IMG/VR virus record: IMGVR_UViG_3300033143_001281 | Location: 16,271-80,270 of that record | Strand: one strand, 5' to 3' | DNA: 64,000 bases | Source of the DNA: a virus | Notes under the pieces: model-generated | Seen by the model: the letters and a program-made list of their open reading frames with translations, nothing else | The model's database searches: none | Told to the model about the DNA's origin: nothing | Translations under genes and position numbers: made by a program | Part shown: in pieces, positions 21,199 through 31,300 of the stretch | Numbering within the stretch: position 1 is the first letter of the stretch | Layout: every line of letters starts with the position of its first letter

Positions 21199-21762
21199 AT
21201 GGCATGTAATTGTACAAAATGTAGTCAAAAGTGTAGCTGTGCTGATACAGCATTAACAAACCCGTGTACTTATACTGATTGTAGTGTGGGTAGCGAAAGA
21301 TGTGATGATGTACAGTGTGCTGCATGTGTAAGCTATTGTGGTACATCTTTTAAGATAGGTGATACTGGTAGTGAAATAGTTATAACTTCTGGTGAAAGAT
21401 TAGATTCTATTATTCAAAAGTTTGCTATGATATTAGCAAATGGTTTGGGTGCTTGTACATCAAGTGATTTACAGCATGATCCATATAATGTTTATGCTGG
21501 TGTTATTACAAGTAGTACAGCAGAAGTAATATGGGATGGATTGTGGAGTTCAAGTACTGGAGTAAATATATATTTAGATACTCAAATAGCTCCTGGAGGA
21601 TGGGTATTACAAAACTCATCACCTATTGCAACTACAATAAATAATTTTCAATTAACTAATTTAACAGCAAGTACTGCATATAAAGTAAAAGTTGTTGATA
21701 ATGGGAATAGTGCGGCATGTAAACCAATAGAGATTTTATTCTCAACATTAGCGGCATCATAA
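21199..21762 (+). CDS. Cys-rich protein with C-terminal FN3 domain
   Basis: Cys-dense N-terminus; LTNLTASTAYKVKV FN3 signature. Confidence 0.65.
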   Translation: MACNCTKCSQKCSCADTALTNPCTYTDCSVGSERCDDVQCAACVSYCGTSFKIGDTGSEIVITSGERLDSIIQKFAMILANGLGACTSSDLQHDPYNVYAGVITSSTAEVIWDGLWSSSTGVNIYLDTQIAPGGWVLQNSSPIATTINNFQLTNLTASTAYKVKVVDNGNSAACKPIEILFSTLAAS

Positions 21763-21811
21763 AAAAAAACAACAAGTGGTGGTTTGTTGGTTTTTCTACT
21801 ACAAACGTTGG

Positions 21812-21843
21812 GAGAGACTGGGGTGACTCAGTCTCTTTTTTTT
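21812..21843 (+). terminator. Intrinsic terminator
   Basis: GAGAGACTGGG-GTGA-CTCAGTCTCT followed by a T-tract. Confidence 0.85.
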
Positions 21844-21893
21844 ACAATTAAATAAAAATGCTTATTTTTACATAAATCCTAATTAAAACTTTT

Positions 21894-23114
21894 ATGTCAA
21901 ATTATTTAAAACAAAGAATCATTGAAAGCCTCAAATGGAAAAAACATCCCTCATATTGTGCAGATAAATTAAATATTACAGAATCACAATATACCAAATT
22001 AAAGAAGCAAATATTACAAGAAAGAAAGAAGGATAAAAAGAAAGATAAATTTTTTAGTAAAGCTGCAGATAATGCTCAATTAGTTGAATCAATAGATTTA
22101 GAAAAAGGTGAAGGTAAAATATCTGGTACATTTGATCATGAACCTAAAAGTGCTGAAGAAATTATTAAACTACTTAAGATAGATACAAACAAATGGAAGC
22201 TATCACAATATTGGAATAAACAAATGGGTGATCACTGGAGAGTTTCTGCATTAATTAGTCAGATAAAAAATCCAGATGAAAAACATTTTGAAGAGCTTCT
22301 TAAAAATTGGAAACCTCAGCAATATAAATTACCAAAAACTAAACTAAATAAAAAAGGAGAAAAAGTTTGTGGTGTTATGTCATTACAAGATATTCATTTT
22401 GGTAAACAAGGAAATGAAACTATTGATAAAGATTTTGAGGAAACCATTATTAATTTATTAGAAAGAGCTACACCAGCACATAATATTGAAAAGATGTATT
22501 TTGTTGTAGGAGGTGATCTAATCAACATGGATACATTTGAGGGTACAACTACAAGTGGCACAGGATTAGATAATTGTATGACAGCTACAGATGCGTATAT
22601 ACAAGCATTTAATGCCATGCATTGGGCTATTGGTTATATAAAAGCTTTCTGTAAAGAACTAGTTATAGTTTATGTACCTGGTAATCATGATAGACTTTCT
22701 TCATTTCATTTAGTTCATGCTCTATCACAATCTATAAATAGTACTGAAATTACTTGGGATATTAAATATGAAGAAAGAAAAGTTCATGTGTGGTATAATA
22801 ATTTTAATGCATTTGAACATGGTGATAAAAGAAGTAAAAATAATCCATTAATATATGCATCCGAGTATCCTAAAGAATGGGGTCAGACAGTTAATAGAAC
22901 TTTATTCAAAGGTCATATTCATACAGACAGAAAAGTAGAATACATGACATCTAATGAGACAGCAGGTTTTATAGAAAAGACATTACCTAGTCTAGGTAAA
23001 ACAGATTATTACCACTATTCTAATAAGTATGTGGGTAACAGAAGAACAGGTAAATTAGAATTACAGCATCCAACTTTAGGTAATATAGCTGAATTTGCAC
23101 ATCAAGTATTATAA
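21894..23114 (+). CDS. Calcineurin-like metallophosphoesterase
   Basis: All five motifs are present: DIHFG, GGDLIN, GNHD, HGD and GHIH. Confidence 0.85.
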   Translation: MSNYLKQRIIESLKWKKHPSYCADKLNITESQYTKLKKQILQERKKDKKKDKFFSKAADNAQLVESIDLEKGEGKISGTFDHEPKSAEEIIKLLKIDTNKWKLSQYWNKQMGDHWRVSALISQIKNPDEKHFEELLKNWKPQQYKLPKTKLNKKGEKVCGVMSLQDIHFGKQGNETIDKDFEETIINLLERATPAHNIEKMYFVVGGDLINMDTFEGTTTSGTGLDNCMTATDAYIQAFNAMHWAIGYIKAFCKELVIVYVPGNHDRLSSFHLVHALSQSINSTEITWDIKYEERKVHVWYNNFNAFEHGDKRSKNNPLIYASEYPKEWGQTVNRTLFKGHIHTDRKVEYMTSNETAGFIEKTLPSLGKTDYYHYSNKYVGNRRTGKLELQHPTLGNIAEFAHQVL

Positions 23115-23151
23115 AGACTCCTGTTAAATTTCATTTAATGGGGTTTTTTTT
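23113..23151 (+). terminator. Intrinsic terminator
   Basis: AAAGACTCCTGTTAAA...TTTAATGGGGTTTT hairpin followed by a T-tract. Confidence 0.65.
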
Positions 23152-23172
23152 GTAAATTATAAATGTAACCAT

Positions 23173-23739
23173 ATGATTAATAATTTTAGAAAGCCTGATC
23201 TAAAAGCACCTAGATATAGAGAAAAGAGATTGGGGTTATTAAACGAGGAAACAATAAGAGAGTTCAAAGATAAAAAACCTATGTACTCTCAAATAGATAA
23301 TGTTAAATTAAAAAAGATTATAAAACTATATAATGTAAAACTTTGGAATGCAGTTATAAACAATAGAGATGGTGTAGAATTACCTGATTCATTAGGTTTC
23401 TTATTTATTGGAACGTGTAAGCCTTCTAAAACAGTTAATACTAATTATGCTTTATCTAAAGAATATGGCAAGGTTTTACAAAATAAAAACTGGGAAACTG
23501 ATGGTAATTTGGGTAAAATATTTTATACAAATTATTCAACTAAATATAGATTTAAAAATAGAGAGTTGTGGAGGTTTGTTGCATGTAGAGAGTTTAAAAG
23601 AGCTGTAGCTAAAAGCTATCCTAATAATTGGACCAGATATGTAGTTATGAAGAATAAATATAGAGTAGCTCATTTATATGATGAGAACTCAGATGAAACC
23701 AACAAAGCATTAAAGTATTATAATGAATTTGAAAAATAA
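23173..23739 (+). CDS. IHF/HU-like protein (crAss gene-53-like)
   Basis: GVELPDSLGFLFI...FVACREFKR HU-fold pattern, in the conserved position before the tail ring genes. Confidence 0.6.
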   Translation: MINNFRKPDLKAPRYREKRLGLLNEETIREFKDKKPMYSQIDNVKLKKIIKLYNVKLWNAVINNRDGVELPDSLGFLFIGTCKPSKTVNTNYALSKEYGKVLQNKNWETDGNLGKIFYTNYSTKYRFKNRELWRFVACREFKRAVAKSYPNNWTRYVVMKNKYRVAHLYDENSDETNKALKYYNEFEK

Positions 23740-23744
23740 AAAGA

Positions 23745-24416
23745 ATGGCAACAATAGCAGAAACAATATCTAGAATTAGGGGTCAAGTCAAAGCTGAAGT
23801 TCAAGATGCTTTTGTTACTGATAGATATATTTATAGTCTTATTGAAAAATATGCTCAGTTCTTAATGAGAAGGCAAGACTATGCAAACAAACTTATAAAA
23901 TTTAATTCAGTTTGGAAAACATTACCATATGTAGAATTGATTGAGGTAGATAAAGTAGAAGCACATTGTGCTGGAATACAAAGTGGTTGTACAATAAAAC
24001 GTACAAAAAATAAACTTCCATCAATGTTTGAAGGATATTGGGGACCTCTTATACGAACCATAAGTTCTATTGATGGATCACAAGAGTTACAAGCAACTCA
24101 ACCAGGAACTTATACCTCTATGACTAAAACTACTACTTTTAAATATAATAGATCATTATATTTTTGGTGGCTTGATGGTTATATATATTGCCCAAACATA
24201 GAATGGGATGCTATTAAAGTTGAAGGTGTATTTGATTCTGATATTACTAAATGGGATTGTGATATAGAAAATGACTGCACACCTAGATATGATCAACAAA
24301 TATTTATACCAGAGGCTTTGTTTGCAGAAATAGAAAGTCAAGTTGTTGCAGCAATGACAAATACAATGCAAATCCCTTCAGAAGATTCTGATAACAAAAG
24401 AAACATAAATAGATAA
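23745..24416 (+). CDS. Tail tubular/ring protein
   Basis: 223 aa with IKRT..KLP, YFWWLDGYIY, IKVEGVF and C-terminal PSEDSDN motifs; assigned with synteny. Confidence 0.65.
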   Translation: MATIAETISRIRGQVKAEVQDAFVTDRYIYSLIEKYAQFLMRRQDYANKLIKFNSVWKTLPYVELIEVDKVEAHCAGIQSGCTIKRTKNKLPSMFEGYWGPLIRTISSIDGSQELQATQPGTYTSMTKTTTFKYNRSLYFWWLDGYIYCPNIEWDAIKVEGVFDSDITKWDCDIENDCTPRYDQQIFIPEALFAEIESQVVAAMTNTMQIPSEDSDNKRNINR

Positions 24417-24418
24417 TA

Positions 24419-25357
24419 ATGGGAGTATCACATAAATATAGAACGTTTAGTCAATTAATGGAAGATGTATCTATTGATTTTTCTACATATGCATTAGAAG
24501 GTATGATAGAACCTCAACAGCTAATAAAAGTTGCACAAAGGGTAAACTATGATTTAGGTTTAAAAATACATAGAACTAAGCAAGTAATAATTGATATTGA
24601 ACATGGTAAAGGACAATTACCTGTAGATTTTAAATATATTAATTATGCATTTAGATGTGGTAATTATAAAATAAACACAACAATGCCGTCAGGTACACAC
24701 GTTGAAACATTTAATGATGTTCCATATGTACCTGCACCAGGTGAGAAAGCTCCGTGCAATACAGATCCTACATGTAAAGATGTATGTGTAATTAAAACAT
24801 GTGATGATGAAAAAAGTTATCAATTAGTTCAAAGAGTTGGACCAGATCAGTATAGATGCTTTGATAGTTGGACACAACTTAGAATTCAAGATGTTAATGA
24901 TGCTGTATGTTATTGTCCAACATTAGGAGCACAAGCATTAGATATTGCTGAAGTAAAAGATGGATGGCTTATTACAACTTTTAAAACAGGTAAAGTTTAT
25001 TTGAGTTATCAAGGAGCTATGGAAGATACTTTTGGTGATTTACTGGTATTAGATCATCCATACTGTAATGAATATTATGAGTATGCCATAAAACAAAGAA
25101 TACTTGAGAATATGGTTTGGCAAGGAGAAAATGTATCTAATCAATTAGGATTAGTAGAACAAAGGTTAAGAGCTGCAAGAAATAATGCATTAGGTTTTGT
25201 TAATACTCCTGATTTCAAAGATATGTGGAAAGTCTTTACAATGAATAGAAGAGCACAGTATCATAATTATTATAATATGTTTTTGAGTTATGCTCCTATA
25301 AATCCAAGAGTTGTTTCTGCACCAAATGTTTCATCAAGCGGTAGCACAACAGTTTGA
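24419..25357 (+). CDS. Tail ring protein (second paralogue)
   Basis: 312 aa with GQLPVDF and TTFKTGKVYLSYQG motifs; precedes the muzzle gene. Confidence 0.6.
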   Translation: MGVSHKYRTFSQLMEDVSIDFSTYALEGMIEPQQLIKVAQRVNYDLGLKIHRTKQVIIDIEHGKGQLPVDFKYINYAFRCGNYKINTTMPSGTHVETFNDVPYVPAPGEKAPCNTDPTCKDVCVIKTCDDEKSYQLVQRVGPDQYRCFDSWTQLRIQDVNDAVCYCPTLGAQALDIAEVKDGWLITTFKTGKVYLSYQGAMEDTFGDLLVLDHPYCNEYYEYAIKQRILENMVWQGENVSNQLGLVEQRLRAARNNALGFVNTPDFKDMWKVFTMNRRAQYHNYYNMFLSYAPINPRVVSAPNVSSSGSTTV

Positions 25358-25375
25358 AAATAGAAGTAATATATT

Positions 25376-28300
25376 ATGGCAAAAAAAAGATCATCTTCTT
25401 CAAATAACAGGCAGAGGCAATCTAGAACAAGTTCATCTGTGCAAACAAATTCATTCACTAAAGGAATGAACAAAGACATTGCACCTTCTTTGGAAAATAA
25501 CCAAAGTTGGTGGCATGCACGTAATGCTGCAAATAATTCAGAAGATGGTGATGTGGGTGTTATTGGTAATGAGCCAGCTAATTTAGCTTGTGGTGTTATA
25601 CCATATACAATCATTGGTGCTGTTCATAGATATGGGGATGAGTGGATAGTATATTCTACAGATGATATTAATTCTGAAATAGGAAAATTTGATGACAGTG
25701 AATGTAAATATGAAACACTTGTTAATGATCCTTGTTTAAACTTTAATAGAAAATATTTAATTACAGGTGCAGCAAAAGAAAATTTTGATTGTACATGGCA
25801 AGTCTATTGGGATGATGGTAATAATCCATCAAGAACATTAAATATTGATGACATACCTTGGAAAAAAGTTCAAGTCACAGGTCCAGATATAGATGGTAGT
25901 GATTGTGTTACTTATGAAGTTATTGAGCCAAAAAGATTAGACTGTGAACAAATAAGATTAGCGCCTTTAGTTGATACACCTTGTATTGTTTTAAGCAATT
26001 CAACTGACTCAGGTATGATACGCAATGGTGCTTATCAAGTGTTTGTTGCATATGTAGAAAATGAAGTAAGAGTAACTGATTATATTGGTATTTCAAATAT
26101 TCAGACTATATGGAGTCATGAGGGAAGTAATGGTTCTTTAAATATAAGTTTATCTAATTTAGATAAAGATTATGAATATTATGAAGTAGTACTGCTTAGA
26201 AGAAACCAAGGTCAAACTTCTGCTAAAAGAATTGGTTTTTATAGTGTCCAGCAAAGTGATATAAATATAGATTATATAGATGAATCATTACCAGCAGTAT
26301 CTTTAGAAACAATTCCTTTGCGTAGTCCAGCCTATGAAAAATCTGAATCAATGTTTGTTGTAAATGATTGGCTGATAAGACAAGGCCCAACAGAACAATT
26401 TGATTTTAATTATCAACCAGATGCAAACAACATTCAAGTAGAATGGGTTGCTAATGCAGAAAATACTAACTTTTACTATAAAGGCGGTAATAAATATAAT
26501 TTTTTAAGAGATGAGCAATATGCTTTCTTTATAAGATGGATATATAATACAGGAGAAAGATCTTCTTCATATCATATACCTGGTAGAGCACCAGAATCTT
26601 ATACTACTCCCAGCGGTTTAGTATATCAAGAAGATGAGATAATTTATGGAGATAATGTTTTAGATACTGTAAGTGGAGATAAACTATTTAAAGTATATAA
26701 TACAGCTTCAGTTACTTCATTAGTTACTGAAGAGTTAGATGATGGTACTGTTGTTTATGCAAGAGGAAAAATGGGATATTGGGAATCTACGGAAAGATAT
26801 CCTATGAAGCCTGATATTTGGGGTGACTTATGTGGTAAGCCCATAAGACATCACAAAATGCCATCAGAAGAAACATCTAATGCATTAGCACTAACAAACA
26901 CAAGTGGTGATTTAATAAATATATTGGGTGTTCAATTTTCTAATATTGCAAGACCCAAATATAATGATGGTACATTTATACCAAATGTAGTAGGATATGA
27001 GATACTAAGAGGTTCTAGATTAGGTGCAAAATCTATACTTGCAAAAGGATTATTTAGAAACATGCGTAAGTATACTGTTCCTAATCCGGAAGATTTAATT
27101 GGAAATAATGTTCAAGGCTTATATGTAAATTATCCTTATAATGATCTTAGACCAGATATTTATTTTCACACAGGTGGATCAGGTAGTTTAAAAAGAACAG
27201 ATGGTTGTGATTCATTTGATGGTTCTATGACATCTTATCAAGCATTAGGTGATGAACCTGATATAGGTGGTGAGCCGGCAGGTTATTCAAGAAAAGTTTT
27301 TAGTTTTTCTTCTCCTGATTTAATGTTTACAAAGCCATTTTTAAATGCTTATGAAACTCGTATATATGGGCAGCTAAGTGGTAATGCAACTGGTAGATTT
27401 AAACAATCAGAAGACCATCCTCAGTTTAAGTTATTAAGAGGTGGTGCTGCATTAGTAGCATCTATTATAGGTTTTGGATATGCAATTCATCAGATTAGAG
27501 GTACAGAAGGTAGAAGAATGAATTCTACTGGAGGTAATATGACAAGTATTTCAGGTAAAGGAGAAGAAATAAAAGGTACAGAGCAAAGGGGTAACAATGG
27601 ATTTGTTACGTTAACTGTACCACCTGGTGTTGCTACGGTAAATTGGAGTCCAAGAAGTGGAGGAGTAATTTCTGGTGGTGATTGGGAAATACAAGATCCT
27701 GCTAAGCTAACTACATATCAAACAGCTGCTACTGCAGCAGTTGGTGCTTCTTCAGGCTCATCATTAGCATTATCTTTATTAATGGAAAGTTTAGCTGGTA
27801 TAGGAGATTTATATACTGGTGGATTAGTTACTGAGATTCAAGAAGGCGCTCAAATCACACAAAATGCTGGTCATGCAAGTGTGTTGGGTGTCAATTCAGG
27901 AATACAAACAAATACAAGAACAAAAGATACAAGTACATCTAATATTCCACAAATATTTAGAACAATTACTGGTTTATTAAGTACTCAAACAAATCTTGCT
28001 ATAGGAGGTAATGAAATTATTGAACTTCTATATAATTTAGCAGATGAATCTTCTTTTGCATACAAGTACAATTCAGAAGGTTTTTTCTTTGATTTCTCAA
28101 ATCAAACAAATGGTTTATGGAGAATAAAAAATACTGATTCAAATTATATTGGTCAATCATTTCAAACATTTAATCAAGGTGAATATAAAATAAATAATTT
28201 ATATAGACCTAGTACAGTTGCTGTAGCTTTAGATAAAGAATTAACTGATCCAGCTACAGTTGATACATCTAGATTTTCTATAGGTGGTGAACTGAATTTA

Positions 28301-31300
28301 ACTTTAAATGCCGCAGGAGAATATGTAAGTTCTACTCCAGTAGAGTTTAGTGATAGTTATTTGCTAGAACCTACTACTGAAAGAGGATCAACAATATCAG
28401 CATATTATGGTGCATTAAAATTTAATTTTGATAATCAATATGGTCAGTTATCTGGTATCAAACAAGTTCAAATGCGTGGTTGTGTTGAGCTGCTTGATCC
28501 TGATAAACCAGATGAATATTTATACAGCAGTAAACCTATTTTTGCAGGAGATACATTTGTAGGTAGGTATACTGAAAAAGTTATAATGCCAATATTTAGT
28601 AATTATTTATTAGGCCAACCTGATAATTATACTTTTGATTATTCTTTATATGTAAACATACCTTACCCAAGATGGTGGTTAAATTCTCAAAGATATGACA
28701 TCACACCATTAGCAAGAGAAATAGCTACTCTAGGTCTTGTTAGTACTGGCTCTTTAGAAGCTCTTTATCCAAATGATTTATTTTATTTGGATAGAGGTAA
28801 TGATTCTTGTGCTACAGGTTTTAATGCATTATTTAATGATGATGATCCTAATCCAACATTTGAAATGCTATATGCATATATGTATACACATATTAATGGT
28901 ATGTTAGATTTTTATGTGGAGTCTGAAATTAATTTAGATCAAAGAGATTGGGAAGATGAACCAGCAAAAAGAATATACAGTGTTTATGATTATAATGATA
29001 CTGATGAATTATTCCATGCAGCTATAGAAAAAGAAGACAACTTTTATAAATATGATGAATCATTAAGTGTTGGAAAGTTTCCTACACAAATGGCATCTTT
29101 TGCTGAAGTACAGCGTTTAGATTATGATCCTTACATTGCTGAGACTTGTTATGTAAATTATCCTAAAAGGTTAATATATTCTTTACAGGCACAAGAAGAA
29201 TCAAGAAAAGATTATTGGAGAGTATTTTTAAATAACAACTATAGAGATTTTAAAAATGATGTTAGTGTTATAAAACCAATCAATAAAAGCGGTGCATTAA
29301 TATTCTTTCCACATTTGTCACCTCAAATGTTTCAGGGACTTGATACATTGAAGACTCAGCTTGATACTAAATTAACAATAGGTGATGGTGGTTTGTTTAG
29401 TCAACCCTTCCAAAATGTTGCAAATGCAGATATATCTAATGAGTATGGTTCATGTGAAAGTTTAAGAGGTGTTATTAATACACCTGTTGGTTTATTTTTT
29501 ATATCACAAGCACAAGGTAAGATATTTCAATATGCTGGTAAAGGTCTTCAGCCAATATCAAATCAAGGTATGAAATGGTGGTTTGCAAAATATTTACCAT
29601 CTAAATTTATAAAACAATTTCCAAATTCAGAGACATCAGTATGGACAGATAATCCAGTTCAAGGTGTGGGTTGTCAAGTTATATATGATTCAGTAGATGA
29701 TGTAGTTTATTTTATGAAAAAAGATTATAAACTTAAATCTCAATATATTGCAACAGCAGAATTTGTTGACACTGATTATAAGCCGGTTATTGTAGAAACT
29801 GTACCTGGTGTAAAAGTTAATGTAGACATAGGTGATCCAATTTATTTTGATGATTGTTCATGGACTATTAGTTATGATCCTAAAGTTAAAGCTTGGATTT
29901 CATTTCATGATTGGCACCCTGAATTAGCGTTACCAAGTATAAATCATTTCTTTACTACAAAAACAACAACTACTACTATACCTCAATGTCCTCCAGGATA
30001 TTCTTATAATCCTTCAAATGGTTTGTGTGAAATAGCAATTAATCAAACTGTAGATGCAACTATTGTTGTTGATGAAATAACTGAAAATGTTGTATCAGGT
30101 GGACCAGTTAATTGTTTGGTAGATGTTGTGATTGCAATGGACACTTCTGGTAGTACAAATAGTGCTAATAGAAGACAAGCACAACTTGCCCTTGTTGCTG
30201 CTTTCTTAGCGGATCCTCAAATAGTAACTTTGATGAATAATGCACAGATGCAGATTGGATTTACAGAATGGGATACTACAACTCAACCTTATAATATTCC
30301 TAATCCTGCTGGTGGTACTTGGTCTATGAGTAATACAGTTACTAATGCAGCGGTACAAAACTGGTATAACTCAGTATGGTGTGTTGGAGGAGGTTGTGGT
30401 ACAAGTGAAATTGTAGGTTTGAATGGCGCACAAGCATTAATAAATAATAAGGCTGGTTCTCAACTAGGAGATAGAAGTGCTCAACCAAATTTTAGAAATG
30501 TTATTTTATTTATAACAGATACAACAGGTACTCCTGGTGCACAAACTGGACAACCTTTTCAAAGTAGCAATGTAGGTACTGGTACTGGACCTGCTAACCA
30601 ATTTTTGTATGGTATATATTGTGGTGCTACAAATGCAACTCCACCTAGTACAGCAACATTAAATGCAATAACACAAACTACAGGACCAGTTAACGTTGAT
30701 CCATTTCAATTTGGTATAAATGCTGCCAACCCAGCAACTTTTCAACCTGTTGCAAATGCTATTGCTGGTGCAGTTTGTGGAACAGATTATGAGTGTGAAT
30801 GTCCTACAGGCTATACATTAGTTTATCCAGACCCTGTTACTTCATCATATAGTTCTGCTACTGGTACTTGTACAGATGTTCCTGGAGAAGCTCCAATATG
30901 TAGAAGAGTTACTTGTGAGTGTCCACCTGTTGTTGTGCCTGGAACAGTAGTTACCGAATTGGGAACTTGTCCAGATAGTGCTCCTGGAATATATGATATT
31001 GGTGATCCTAATTGGGTTGACCCAGATCCAAGACGTTGTAATTTTTATTTTTATGAAAGTACAACAGCTAATTTTGAAGTAGGATCATTTTGGAGACATA
31101 ATGTAAGATGTGATTTATTTGCAAATTACTATAATGAAGATTACCCATGGGAAATAGATTTAATATCTAATACCGGTCAGTCAGTAAACACAGTCCGTAG
31201 TTTTGAATATCAATTAGAGACTTATGTTTATAAAGGAGATCCTCAATATAATATGTGTGGGGGAGATAAATGGGAAGATTTAGATTTTAATTTTGATAGA

